Origin: a virus
Virus record (IMG/VR): IMGVR_UViG_3300045988_168418
Length of the DNA: 56,826 nucleotides
Strand: one strand, 5' to 3'
Each line of letters opens with the position of its first letter. Positions within the stretch are counted from its first letter, which is position 1. The notes below the pieces were generated by a model that saw nothing but the letters and a program-made list of their open reading frames with translations, had not been told where the DNA came from and searched no databases. This document shows, piece after piece, positions 46,687 through 56,519 of the stretch. A program made the position numbers and the translations under genes.

Positions 46687-46944
46687 CTAAATTAAATTAA
46701 TTTGAATTAAGTTTTTATTATATTTAGAAAATTCTGCTTCTTTAATTTTTTTACTAATGCCTTTTGTATATTGCTTAGGTCCAGTCAAATCTACCTGAGT
46801 AATATTATACTTTTCTACAAAAGCAAAGATAACTTCATTTACCTCGTCTATTGTAGGATAAGCCATATCAATTTTATTACCATTTTCATAAACGTAAAAG
46901 CTTTGTTCCAAATCAAAAGGTCTTAATATTCCAATTATTTTCAT
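46687..46944 (-). CDS. Hypothetical protein
   Basis: ORF in operon context. Confidence 0.35.
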   Translation of the reverse strand: MKIIGILRPFDLEQSFYVYENGNKIDMAYPTIDEVNEVIFAFVEKYNITQVDLTGPKQYTKGISKKIKEAEFSKYNKNLIQINLI

Positions 46945-46945
46945 A

Positions 46946-47314
46946 TTACACCTCTATAATAGCTTCATCATATGGAAATAAATAATAGCAATATGCATCA
47001 TTATTCATTTTAATCCAAATTTCAAAAGCTTCTTGTATTTCGTCTACTTTACTAATATCTAAAACTTCCCCTCTATTGAGTAAACACTCTTTTAATTCTT
47101 CTGTTGCCTTTTCCACGGAAGCATGATTGTTTATTTTAAAAATAGTGTAATCCTTTGCTTCATTGCAAAGTAGCATAAAATACATTTTATTATTTTTAAA
47201 AAATTTAGTTACCTGTTTTAATTTATTAGTCAAAGCAGGATAAGAAAGTTTTTTTTCTTTTTTCATAAGGTTTTTGTTAATATCGTATAAAGTTCCTAAA
47301 CTAACTTCTCCCAT
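46946..47314 (-). CDS. Hypothetical protein
   Basis: ORF in operon context. Confidence 0.35.
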   Translation of the reverse strand: MGEVSLGTLYDINKNLMKKEKKLSYPALTNKLKQVTKFFKNNKMYFMLLCNEAKDYTIFKINNHASVEKATEELKECLLNRGEVLDISKVDEIQEAFEIWIKMNNDAYCYYLFPYDEAIIEV

Positions 47315-47349
47315 TTTTTTACTCCTTATTTATTATAATATATTTTTAT

Positions 47350-47835
47350 TTAAAAGTCAATTCCTTTTTTTAATATTCGTTGATTACGGCTGCCCCTCCA
47401 AGGCAGCCCATATTCATATTCATCTTGCTTAAATTGTCCATCTATTAAAACATCTATATATTTTAGTATTGACAATTCTTTTATATCTTCCAAAGTATAA
47501 CCAGTCCAAAGCCATATTGTTTTATTTGGAAAATTTTCTTTAAAATTAACACATAATTTAGTAACAGTATTTAGATTATATTGACTTAAAGGTTCTCCGC
47601 CCAAAATTGATATTCCACTGATATGTTCGTTAATAGAATTAAAAATTTCTTGTTCTTTTGTTTCAGTATACTCTTCTCCATAATTAGGATTCTGTAATTT
47701 ATAATTAAAACATCCTTTACAATGGAAATCACATCCAGAAAAAAAGATAGCGGTTCTTAACCCTTCTCCATTTGATATGCAATATTTTTTAATCTTTGCT
47801 ATATTAGCCATATTATTCTTCCTCTTCTGGATCAA
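47350..47835 (-). CDS. nrdG: Anaerobic ribonucleotide reductase activating protein (radical SAM)
   Basis: 'GCDFHCKGCFN' CxxxCxxC cluster near the N-terminus; ~160 aa; overlaps the nrdD stop. Confidence 0.8.
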   Translation of the reverse strand: MIQKRKNNMANIAKIKKYCISNGEGLRTAIFFSGCDFHCKGCFNYKLQNPNYGEEYTETKEQEIFNSINEHISGISILGGEPLSQYNLNTVTKLCVNFKENFPNKTIWLWTGYTLEDIKELSILKYIDVLIDGQFKQDEYEYGLPWRGSRNQRILKKGIDF

Positions 47836-49936
47836 TGTGATAAACTCTTGCGGCTATATCTGCTGCTCTACCTTCACTAAAAGGATTAGTACTTATATAT
47901 CCACATATACGAACTGCAACATTCATTTTATCAAAATCATCGTTTCCGCAACGAGGACAAACGAATTTTAATTTATTTTTATCCATTTTAATATCTGTAC
48001 TTCCACAAATTTGACAGTAAGATGTAGTAGTGTTAATTTCTGCATACATATTAGTTTCATAAATATGTTTAATAATTTCCAGTAATGCAGGAATATTATT
48101 TTCCATATTTGGTGTTTCACAATATGTAATTTGACCACCTTCGCTATATTTAGCGAAATCACTTTCAATAGTTAATTTCTCAAAAGCATCTATTGAAAAC
48201 GCAGGATTTATATGATAAGAATTAGTAACATATAATTTATCATTAACGCCCTTTATAATAGGATATTCTTTCAACGCTTTTGCAAATTTAGTTGTAGTAT
48301 TTTCAATAGGAGTTCCATATAAAGAAAAACCTATATTTGTTTTATTTTTCCATTCTTTGCATTTTTCATTAAGATGCTTCATAATAGACAGAGCCATTTC
48401 TTTTCCTTTTGAAGTAGTTAAGCTTTTATTTGTTAAAGCTAATACTGTTTCCCATAGTCCGGCATAACCAAGAGAGATAGATGAATTTAGTCCATATAAT
48501 AAAGGATCAATTACTTCTCCAGGTTTTAATCTTGCACAAGCACCATGTTGCCATAATATCGGAGCTACATCAGACTTTGTTCCTAGCAATCTATTATGCC
48601 TAATCATTAATGCTCTATAGCATAATTCTAGTCTTTCGTCTAGCACACTCCAGAAATCTTCCTTACTATTGATAGCTTCTAATGCGGCTGCCGCTAGATT
48701 TATGGTAACTACACCTTGATTAAATTTTCCCCAATATCTATGTTCGATTGGGTCTCCCGCTAGAAAAGATCTACACCCCATACACCCATAGACGTCACCT
48801 TTTAGCTCTTTCATCTTCTTTGCGGAAATGTAATCTGGAACTAGCCTTTTTGCACTACACTCCGCGGCTAATTTTGTTAAATACCAATATTCGCTATCTT
48901 CTGTGATATTATTTTCATCTAAAACATAGAGTAACTTTGGAAAAGCTACAGTTACATAGACACCTTGTTCATTCTTAACTCCTTTAATTCTTTGCTTTAA
49001 AATTTCTTCTATAATTAAAGCTAAGTCTTTTTCCCCTTGTTTATTTTTAGCATCTTTTAAATAAAGAAATAAACTTGCAAATGGAGCCTGACCATTTGTA
49101 CTAGACATTGTAATTAATTGATACTGAATTGTTTGAACACCATCTGAAATTTCATCTTTTACCATCTTCTCAATTTCAGAATTATTTAAGAAAGAAAATT
49201 TTCTTAAATATCTTTCTCTTGATTTTTGAACAAAAGGAGCTAGATGAGCTATATTAAGGGTTTGCCCTCCATATTGAGAACTCGCAACCTGAGCAGCAAT
49301 TTGAGTTGTAACAGTGCAAGCTGTTCTAAAGCTATTTGGAGGATCTATTTTAGAACCACTTATAACAGTACCATTCTGTAACATATCTTCAAGATTAACT
49401 AAACAACAGTTAGTCATTGGCATAGCAGGACTATAGTCCATATCGTGAAAATGAATCCATCCTTTATTGTGAGCATCTAAAATGTCTCTATCAATATGAA
49501 ATTCCGCTAATTCTTTGCAGGTAAATCCAGCAATATAATCTCTCATAGTTGGAATAATTCTAGTATCTTTGTTAGAATTTTCAGTTTTAGATTCTTTATC
49601 TGTCCCATCAATTAGATTAAGAATTTTTTCATTCTTAAATTTTAATGTTCCTTTCATTTCTCTAAGATGAGTTCTTTCATCTCTATACACAATAAAAGCT
49701 TTTGCAACATCTTTTCTCTTAGTAGACATTAGTCCTTTTTCAACTAAATCTTGAATTTCTTCTACTGTTAAGTCTTTTGTTTTTGCTATATCTGAAATAT
49801 AATCTGCAATATTACCAGCTTTAATTAAAGCATAATCAGATATATCATTATCAATTTGCTTAAAAGCAGCAAGAACCGCGTCTACAATTTTCATCTTATC
49901 AAATTTTACTGTTCTATTATCTCTTTTAATTACCAT
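47813..49936 (-). CDS. nrdD: Anaerobic ribonucleoside-triphosphate reductase (class III)
   Basis: C-terminal Zn ribbon 'CQICGS...CPRCGN' followed by glycyl-radical motif 'RICGY'; ~700 aa. Confidence 0.85.
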   Translation of the reverse strand: MVIKRDNRTVKFDKMKIVDAVLAAFKQIDNDISDYALIKAGNIADYISDIAKTKDLTVEEIQDLVEKGLMSTKRKDVAKAFIVYRDERTHLREMKGTLKFKNEKILNLIDGTDKESKTENSNKDTRIIPTMRDYIAGFTCKELAEFHIDRDILDAHNKGWIHFHDMDYSPAMPMTNCCLVNLEDMLQNGTVISGSKIDPPNSFRTACTVTTQIAAQVASSQYGGQTLNIAHLAPFVQKSRERYLRKFSFLNNSEIEKMVKDEISDGVQTIQYQLITMSSTNGQAPFASLFLYLKDAKNKQGEKDLALIIEEILKQRIKGVKNEQGVYVTVAFPKLLYVLDENNITEDSEYWYLTKLAAECSAKRLVPDYISAKKMKELKGDVYGCMGCRSFLAGDPIEHRYWGKFNQGVVTINLAAAALEAINSKEDFWSVLDERLELCYRALMIRHNRLLGTKSDVAPILWQHGACARLKPGEVIDPLLYGLNSSISLGYAGLWETVLALTNKSLTTSKGKEMALSIMKHLNEKCKEWKNKTNIGFSLYGTPIENTTTKFAKALKEYPIIKGVNDKLYVTNSYHINPAFSIDAFEKLTIESDFAKYSEGGQITYCETPNMENNIPALLEIIKHIYETNMYAEINTTTSYCQICGSTDIKMDKNKLKFVCPRCGNDDFDKMNVAVRICGYISTNPFSEGRAADIAARVYHIDPEEEE

Positions 49937-50016
49937 AATTAATATTATCCTCCTAATTATATTATTATTTTAAGGCTTATAATATATATTAAATTTTACT
50001 TATTGATTATTATTAG

Positions 50017-50607
50017 TTATTGCCCATGCATAAAATCTACAATAGGCTCAAAAGAATCAAACATACTAGGGGCATAATCAGATTCATTATAAAAAGTTAC
50101 ATATTCAAAATTAATGTCTGAAAAATCTCTTTCATCAGCAAGGAACCTTCGACAAATTTCTTTACAATCTGGATTATATTCTCTTCTTAAAGCTCTTTTT
50201 AATCTTTCCTTTCCTGGCACTTCTATTAAAACTGGTAGTACCTCTATTCTTTCATCTTTCAATAATTGCCTAATTCCCGCGATACTAAAAACACCAATAT
50301 TTATTTTATCTTTATCTAACTCTTGGATAGAAGTGCCATATAGCCATTTTTTAAAATAAACTGCATCTATTATATCTTTATCGCGAACTCGCCTTTCAAA
50401 ATCCTCGCGATATAGAAAGTAATAATCTACGCCATCTCTTTCGTATTCTCTTGGCGGTCTAGTAGTACAACTAATAATTTCTTTTATTTCTGAATGATTG
50501 CAACACATTCGTTTTTTTATAGTATCTTTTCCTGCACCGCTCTTTCCGAACAGTGCAAGAACTTTATATTTTGACATTCTATTCTCCTTCCATACCATAT
50601 CTAACAT
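50017..50607 (-). CDS. Guanylate kinase-like nucleoside monophosphate kinase
   Basis: P-loop 'GKSGAGKDT'; 'SCTTRPPREYERDGVDYYF' matches the guanylate kinase 'STTRxxRxxExxGxDYxF' motif. Confidence 0.55.
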   Translation of the reverse strand: MLDMVWKENRMSKYKVLALFGKSGAGKDTIKKRMCCNHSEIKEIISCTTRPPREYERDGVDYYFLYREDFERRVRDKDIIDAVYFKKWLYGTSIQELDKDKINIGVFSIAGIRQLLKDERIEVLPVLIEVPGKERLKRALRREYNPDCKEICRRFLADERDFSDINFEYVTFYNESDYAPSMFDSFEPIVDFMHGQ

Positions 50608-53600
50608 GCTCTAGTTTCATATCTGAACCATTAACGTCAATAATTTTGTAGAGCTGATGGGTAGGGGTGTGTTTATACGATTTAGTCTGAAATGTATCTC
50701 CACGCCTAAACCCGGTACACATTACTTTTGTTCCTCTTTGAAACCAGCCTTTTTCCATAACTTTTTTAGTTCCATCTTCTTGCTTTTCAGAAATTTGTCT
50801 CCCAAACATAGCAAAGTAATCTTTTGTAAATTTTACATTAACAACTCCAGAAGTTGTTAATAATGATATTGAAGAACGAGCATCATTTTTACTAATTACA
50901 GTACCAATGATTTTATAAGTTTTGTAAATAGGAATTTCTTTTCCATTTCTTTTGAAAAAATAATCTACAACAGGCTCTTCGGGTAATTTAGAAAAATCTG
51001 AAATTCCATACTTTAAAGTATCAATATTTATTAACTCATGCGGATGGTAGTAAAAACATAAGCTTTCCATTTCCCACGCTGAGATATTTCCTTTAGCATA
51101 TTTATTCCAAGAGTCAAGAAATAGAGCCTCATTAAATTCTTTTAATACTGTCTGTTGATTTTCTTTAAGCCAGTCTCTAGCTCTATCCATACCTTTTTGA
51201 TACTTTTTATCCCATTTGTTTTGTAAAATACAAACGCATCCGTTTATTACTTCAAGATCTTCCATATCATACCTTTGATTGTAGAATTTTTCACAAGCAT
51301 CATCAAAGACATAATATTTTCCAACTTTTTTCTCAGTCTTTAGATATTTATTAAAGAAAAATAATCTTTTCATACTATCTAAAGAAGGTGGAATTAAGTC
51401 TTTTTGAATTAAACCATTAAAGTTTTGTAGCGTTAATCTTTTCTTTGGCTCGCTAACAACAGATAAATAATATATCATTACAAGCACTCTTGGCTCAACA
51501 TTTAATTCTTTTGCCCATTCTAATTCTAGTTTATCAAAGGCTCCGCTCTTTATTAAAGAAATCATTGCAGATTTATTTAAAGGACATCTTATCATAAAAT
51601 CTTTAATACTTTTATATGGTCTACCAGAAAAAATCTGCTCAATAATTGGTGTGCCTACATTACTCAATGCTTTCATTCCAAAAAGAATTTCGTTATTTTC
51701 AGCATCTGGTTTAAAACTATAGTCAGATTTATTTATATCAACTAAGGAAACCTTAATTCCTCTATCAATTATTTCCCCTAAAGCTTGAGCCATTTTAGCA
51801 TAATCTGTTGTTTTTTCTTTCTTCTTTTCTTCACTTTCATCTGTTATTTCATATTCAATTTCATCATCTTTTTCTTTATATGTTTCGATAGACCCGCTAT
51901 TTACAATAAGACAGGCTGTATTCCAATATATAATTGGATATTTATAAGCCAAATTCATTTCTTGTAAAGCAACCAAAGAATACGCTAAACAGTGACTTCG
52001 ATTAAAAGAATATCCTCTCTGTACCTTAAGTAAAACATCCCAAACATAATGTGCTAAAGTCTCTGAACAATTATTTTTTTTAATATTTTCGTAAAAAATA
52101 TCTTCACATTCTTGAAAGAGTTTTCCCTGTTTTTTAGCAATACCTTTACGACACTTGTCAGCAAAAGTAAGAGAATTCCCGCCTAGTCTTGGCTCTTGTA
52201 CTAAAGACATCAATCCTTCTTGAGATTCGCATATTCCATTAGTAATTGCTGAGTGATTAGAAAGCCACTTTATCTCTTCTTTTGATAAACCATACCTTTC
52301 CATTTCTCTTATCCACACATTAATGTCTTTTCTATAAATTGCCCACATTTCAAGAGGGGTTTTACTATTTTTGTCAGGAGCCATTAAACGAATAACAGAA
52401 TTAAGTACACTTAAATCGTTGACCGATCTTGGCTTAGCTAATTTAATCCCTTGAATTCCGCTTTGTTGCTCCATCTGAAATAATGATAAGATTTTATGAT
52501 TCCACACCATTTCCCACATCTTTAAATCATCTCTTTCAATGTTATATACACCTATAACTTCTTCGTATGTCTCTCTTAAAGTAGGTTTTTTAATAATCTT
52601 TTTATCCTCAATTAGTAGATTTAGACAAGCGTGAATTTTGTCCATAGCTTCTACAGATAAAGCGTCATATTTTATTAGACTTACTTCCTCCGCATCATGG
52701 AGATCAAATTGTGTTGTAATTGTACCATCTGGTGCTCTCATTAAGGCAGTAGATTTAGTAAAAGGCTCATCTACAAAAATTACTCCGCCAGCATGAATAC
52801 CAGTTCCGCATATGAGTCCTTCAATTCCTTGAGCTACTTCCCATAAATCGGGATAATTGTTTGTCATCTCATTAACAAATATTGTATTAGGTTTAAAATC
52901 TTTTTCCTTATTTCCATAAAAAACTTCTTTTAAAGTTCTAAGCTGTCCTCTATCAGAAGGAATCAAAGATGCCAAATAACTTGCTATATCATTATCATAT
53001 CCTAACCCTCTCGCAGCGGTAAGAATAGCTGCTTTTGATTTTTCCGTTCTAAAGGTTAGAACATTTGCTACCCTATCTTCACCGTAAAATTCTCTAAATT
53101 TATTTAAAACCTGTGGACGACGTCCGCCCTCTATATCAAAATCTATGTCGAGAACAGAAACTCTTTCTGGATTTAAGAAACGCCAAGCATAACATTTAGT
53201 TTCTTCTCTTAAAGGATTAATTTGAGTTATACCTAAACAATATAACAAAATAAAACCAACCCCTGAGCCTCTTCCTGGACCTACTATGGAACCCGCTTCC
53301 CAACATAAATCTATAATTTTTTGAAGATTAAGATAATATGCTGACCAATGCGTTTTATTAACATTAGAAGATAACCACGTAGTTTCGAGATTACTATTTA
53401 TTTCATCATAAGCTTCTTTATTTTGTAAATCAGGGTGAGTTAATATACCATGAATTATTGCTTTTACTAGTACTTTATCCCCAATATAATCAGAATCTAA
53501 AAAAGTTTTAAAGAATGGTATACGATCAATCCATCCTTCAGTTACTTCAATGGAAGAATAATTATTCCATTGCAAAGTAGGAATTTTAAGAGGTTTTCTA

Positions 53601-54493
53601 ATGTCAAAGTCTTCACATAAATCTCTCACTTTTTCGATGTTATGAAAGCCTCTTTCTATCTCTTGAGAAGTAAGACTTAAATGTTTGATTAAATCCTCTG
53701 TATCCATTAAATAAGTTGTGGAGTAAAAAGAATCTACTTCTCTTTCTCCTTCTTTTGCTTTTAAAAAAGCTTTATGTATTTCTCTATCTTCTGCTTTAAG
53801 ATAATGTGTATCACAAGTTATTATATAATCTATATTTAATTCTCTTGATATATCTATAAGTTTAGAATTAACATAAGTTTGTTCTGCTGAAGCAGAAGGT
53901 TGTAACTCAAGATAAAAATAATCTTTTCCGCCAAAGGTACGACACATTAGTTTACACCAATTAAGAATTTTTTCCCATAATTTATCATCATTAGATTGCT
54001 TATGCTCAAGTAATTTAGTTGGTAGAAATCCACCCAAACATGCAGTACTCGCAACAACATGACCTGGATTAGCACCGATAATTTCTATTATATCTTCATA
54101 ATAGGTTGGAACTCTACGCATGCCTCTACTTTTGTAACTTCTTAACCATGCTCGCGTAGATAATTCACAAATTTGTTGAAAGCCTATTTTATCTTTTGCT
54201 AATAAGACAAAATGATAATACTTATCTTCTTCAGTTATAAAATTATCTTTATTTAAGCCGTCTCTGCATAAATAAATTTCATTTCCCATAATAATTTTAA
54301 TTTTGTCTTTAAGTTTGTCTTTTATTTTAGAGATTTTAACAGCAGAGGCAATAGTCTCATGATCTGTTATTGCAACAACAGAATGACCTAATTCAATGGC
54401 TCTGTTAATTAAATCTTCTTCTTTAATAATACAATCTCTTAAACGAAAATTAGACATTTGGGTATGATTATGTAAAGAGCCTGTATAGTTCAT
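50579..54493 (-). CDS. dnaE: DNA polymerase III alpha subunit (DnaE-type, N-terminal PHP domain)
   Basis: PHP domain 'LHNHTQMSNFRLRDC...VVAITDHE'; 1304 aa; overall DnaE-like layout. Confidence 0.7.
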   Translation of the reverse strand: MNYTGSLHNHTQMSNFRLRDCIIKEEDLINRAIELGHSVVAITDHETIASAVKISKIKDKLKDKIKIIMGNEIYLCRDGLNKDNFITEEDKYYHFVLLAKDKIGFQQICELSTRAWLRSYKSRGMRRVPTYYEDIIEIIGANPGHVVASTACLGGFLPTKLLEHKQSNDDKLWEKILNWCKLMCRTFGGKDYFYLELQPSASAEQTYVNSKLIDISRELNIDYIITCDTHYLKAEDREIHKAFLKAKEGEREVDSFYSTTYLMDTEDLIKHLSLTSQEIERGFHNIEKVRDLCEDFDIRKPLKIPTLQWNNYSSIEVTEGWIDRIPFFKTFLDSDYIGDKVLVKAIIHGILTHPDLQNKEAYDEINSNLETTWLSSNVNKTHWSAYYLNLQKIIDLCWEAGSIVGPGRGSGVGFILLYCLGITQINPLREETKCYAWRFLNPERVSVLDIDFDIEGGRRPQVLNKFREFYGEDRVANVLTFRTEKSKAAILTAARGLGYDNDIASYLASLIPSDRGQLRTLKEVFYGNKEKDFKPNTIFVNEMTNNYPDLWEVAQGIEGLICGTGIHAGGVIFVDEPFTKSTALMRAPDGTITTQFDLHDAEEVSLIKYDALSVEAMDKIHACLNLLIEDKKIIKKPTLRETYEEVIGVYNIERDDLKMWEMVWNHKILSLFQMEQQSGIQGIKLAKPRSVNDLSVLNSVIRLMAPDKNSKTPLEMWAIYRKDINVWIREMERYGLSKEEIKWLSNHSAITNGICESQEGLMSLVQEPRLGGNSLTFADKCRKGIAKKQGKLFQECEDIFYENIKKNNCSETLAHYVWDVLLKVQRGYSFNRSHCLAYSLVALQEMNLAYKYPIIYWNTACLIVNSGSIETYKEKDDEIEYEITDESEEKKKEKTTDYAKMAQALGEIIDRGIKVSLVDINKSDYSFKPDAENNEILFGMKALSNVGTPIIEQIFSGRPYKSIKDFMIRCPLNKSAMISLIKSGAFDKLELEWAKELNVEPRVLVMIYYLSVVSEPKKRLTLQNFNGLIQKDLIPPSLDSMKRLFFFNKYLKTEKKVGKYYVFDDACEKFYNQRYDMEDLEVINGCVCILQNKWDKKYQKGMDRARDWLKENQQTVLKEFNEALFLDSWNKYAKGNISAWEMESLCFYYHPHELINIDTLKYGISDFSKLPEEPVVDYFFKRNGKEIPIYKTYKIIGTVISKNDARSSISLLTTSGVVNVKFTKDYFAMFGRQISEKQEDGTKKVMEKGWFQRGTKVMCTGFRRGDTFQTKSYKHTPTHQLYKIIDVNGSDMKLEHVRYGMEGE

Positions 54494-54576
54494 TTTAATT
54501 AACCTCGCTTATTTGTATAATACTATTTCTATTAAATTAAATAAATAAAATTATTTATACTATTAAAATATATTAT

Positions 54577-54605
54577 ATTATATTATATTTTTTTATTATT
54601 GTCAA
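54577..54605 (-). promoter_or_regulatory. Consensus sigma-70 promoter for dnaE: TTGACA, 17-nt spacer, TATAAT (minus strand)
   Basis: Plus-strand 'tgtcaa' at 54600-54605 and 'attata' at 54577-54582; GAGG RBS before the ATG at 54493. Confidence 0.6.
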
Positions 54606-54750
54606 TACATCTTTTACATTTAATCATTTCTATAGAGTCCCTACCAAGCTCTCTATAGAAAAGATTATATCCTTCAAAAAGAAAAAGCCTATTACATTTA
54701 TTACATCTTTTTGGGATAATTGCATACTTATCATAATAAGTTATTGTCAT
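54583..54750 (-). CDS. Small zinc-ribbon protein (55 aa; two CxxC pairs); not in the supplied ORF track
   Basis: Manual translation 'MTITYYDKYAIIPKRCNKCNRLFLFEGYNLFYRELGRDSIEMIKCKRCIDNNKKI'; ATG 3 nt after the helicase stop. Confidence 0.4.
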   Translation of the reverse strand: MTITYYDKYAIIPKRCNKCNRLFLFEGYNLFYRELGRDSIEMIKCKRCIDNNKKI

Positions 54751-54753
54751 ATT

Positions 54754-55884
54754 TTATTCATTCCTTATTAAAACTAATTTTTCGCTTGCCCGTGTAACTG
54801 TAGTGTATAGCCAACGTGCATGTTCTGTCTTGTCAAAAGGAAAAGCTTCCTCAATAACTAAGACTTTATCCCATTCACTTCCTTGCGACTTATGTCCCGT
54901 AATAGCGTACGCGTATGCGAATTCTTTAGGAACTACATCTCCGATTTTATCTTTTAATTTCCCTAATTGATAAGCTACTTTCCAATCACAGCATCTTTCT
55001 CCATTTAAAATTAGTTGTTTATCTACAAGAACATAATTAAATGAAGTATTTTTATCAATAATAAAATCTGAGCTAATCATCTCTAATTTACGTTTATCAG
55101 CTTTTATAAATCGCGGAATTGTATAAAAAGTTTCAAAAGGATTTTTTAAATAGCCAATAGTTCCATTTACTAATGAGTCTCCATTTTCATTAATATCATC
55201 CCAATAATTTCTTAAACAGATAACTTTATCTCCATCTTCTGGGAGTGATCCCCGCTCCAATAAAGTTCTCATCTGGTTATTGATATTTTGACGAGTCGCA
55301 TTTGTTCCTACCAAAATTTGATCCGCCCAAGTAAGCATCCCTGTATTTAAAGTTTCTTTTGATAAGACTTTAACATTATTTCCATTAAATAAAGAAATTG
55401 GTTCTCTTTTTCTAATTTTCATAGATAGTTGAATAATTTCAGAATCTTCCGCCTGCCGCATAATTTCATCTAAGAATATATGCGGATGGTCTAATAAATG
55501 ATTATCTTCATCTTTGTTAATTGGTGGAAGCTGAAACGGATCTCCTAAGCAAATAATATGACATCTATGAGATGCGAGTAATTCCATCAATGATTTAGGT
55601 GCCATGGAAATTTCATCAACTACTACAACTGAATATGGAATATCTTTTTTTGGTTTTCTAAAGAAACCGCCTTCTAGCTTTGGAAAATGGTCATATAAAA
55701 GTTTATGTAAAGTGCAAACGTTGTGATTTCCTTTTTTCTTTAAAACCTCTGCGGCTTTCCCAGTAAAAGCAGTATAACACACTTTATTTATATCAATATT
55801 TAAAGCTTCAATTATAAATTTTACTAAGCTACTTTTGCCAGTTCCAGCATTTAGGCGTAGCCGCTGATGACGGTATATTTTTCT
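54754..55884 (-). CDS. RecD/Dda-like SF1 helicase, main ORF; the frame carrying Walker A ('NAGTGKS') has no start codon and is displaced by -1 from the N-terminal fragment at 55851-55946
   Basis: Motifs 'AGTGKS' (Walker A), 'VVVDEISM' (II), 'CLGDPFQLPPI' (III), 'ITGHKSQGSEW' (V), 'YTTVTRASEKL' (VI); the open frame extends upstream of the track's GTG start to 55884. Confidence 0.7.
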   Translation of the reverse strand, partial: RKIYRHQRLRLNAGTGKSSLVKFIIEALNIDINKVCYTAFTGKAAEVLKKKGNHNVCTLHKLLYDHFPKLEGGFFRKPKKDIPYSVVVVDEISMAPKSLMELLASHRCHIICLGDPFQLPPINKDEDNHLLDHPHIFLDEIMRQAEDSEIIQLSMKIRKREPISLFNGNNVKVLSKETLNTGMLTWADQILVGTNATRQNINNQMRTLLERGSLPEDGDKVICLRNYWDDINENGDSLVNGTIGYLKNPFETFYTIPRFIKADKRKLEMISSDFIIDKNTSFNYVLVDKQLILNGERCCDWKVAYQLGKLKDKIGDVVPKEFAYAYAITGHKSQGSEWDKVLVIEEAFPFDKTEHARWLYTTVTRASEKLVLIRNE

Positions 55885-55946
55885 TTATTTTTCCATCTTT
55901 CAACGGCTACTTTCAAACCTTGTTCTTGTTTTTTTGTTAAAATCAT
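55851..55946 (-). CDS. Helicase N-terminal fragment (31 aa, 'MILTKKQEQGLKVAVERWKNKEKYTVISGYA'), ending in TAA just before the Walker A codons
   Basis: ATG directly after the HNH stop; removing 8 nt 'taaatgct' would give the perfect 'ISGYAGTGKS'. Confidence 0.5.
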   Translation of the reverse strand: MILTKKQEQGLKVAVERWKNKEKYTVISGYA

Positions 55947-55947
55947 A

Positions 55948-56310
55948 TCAAGAATCCCTTTCTTCAATATTTTTATTTAAATCTTCCAGTTTCCATATAT
56001 TATCATGCAACTCTCTATGACAATTAGCACACAATAAAATACATTTTTTACTTTCCTCAATAGCTTCTTTTAATCTAAAATGATCGTTACTAATAGTAAA
56101 ATCTTTTTTAGAAGGATCTAAATGATGAAATTCTAATGCTTTAATGCATTTATTATAGCCACATCTTTCACAATATCCTCCACGAAAAAATTTTATTTTT
56201 GCAAGAAAATCTCCTCTTTTTAATTGAGTTCCTTCTGGCATACATTCATAACAGCAACTTCTTTGATTTGCCGATGGAGTTTTTGGTTTAAAAATTTTTT
56301 CGCAAATCAA
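55948..56310 (-). CDS. HNH endonuclease
   Basis: 'EFHHLDP...' and 'CANCHRELH' HNH core plus Cys pairs 'CCYEC' and 'CERCG'. Confidence 0.8.
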   Translation of the reverse strand: MICEKIFKPKTPSANQRSCCYECMPEGTQLKRGDFLAKIKFFRGGYCERCGYNKCIKALEFHHLDPSKKDFTISNDHFRLKEAIEESKKCILLCANCHRELHDNIWKLEDLNKNIEERDS

Positions 56311-56345
56311 ACAATATTTTTCTTTGCAATTATTTTGTTTTTCTT

Positions 56346-56477
56346 TTAATGTTTTATTTTTTTTGTTTCTGCATATCTAATTCTTCTCGCAGCATTTGTA
56401 CACTCATTACTGCAATATTTTTTTGTTGATTTTATAGCTTCAAAATTTTTTCCACAAATTACACATTTATTAATCAT
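56346..56477 (-). CDS. Small zinc-ribbon protein (43 aa), the HNH-associated type; not in the ORF track
   Basis: Manual translation 'MINKCVICGKNFEAIKSTKKYCSNECTNAARRIRYAETKKIKH'. Confidence 0.45.
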   Translation of the reverse strand: MINKCVICGKNFEAIKSTKKYCSNECTNAARRIRYAETKKIKH

Positions 56478-56519
56478 ATTTTACATCTCCTTTTATTTGA
56501 TATTATATATAAAATATGA

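Noticed and set aside
47386-47406. GC-rich hairpin 'ggctgcc-cctccaa-ggcagcc'.
   Set aside because: It lies inside the nrdG coding region (encoding ...LPWRGS...) with no T-run, so it is probably just coding sequence.
54614-54650. Inverted repeat 'tctatagag...ctctataga' between helicase and dnaE.
   Set aside because: It falls inside the 55-aa zinc-ribbon ORF's coding sequence and has no T-run, so there is no independent evidence that it is a terminator.
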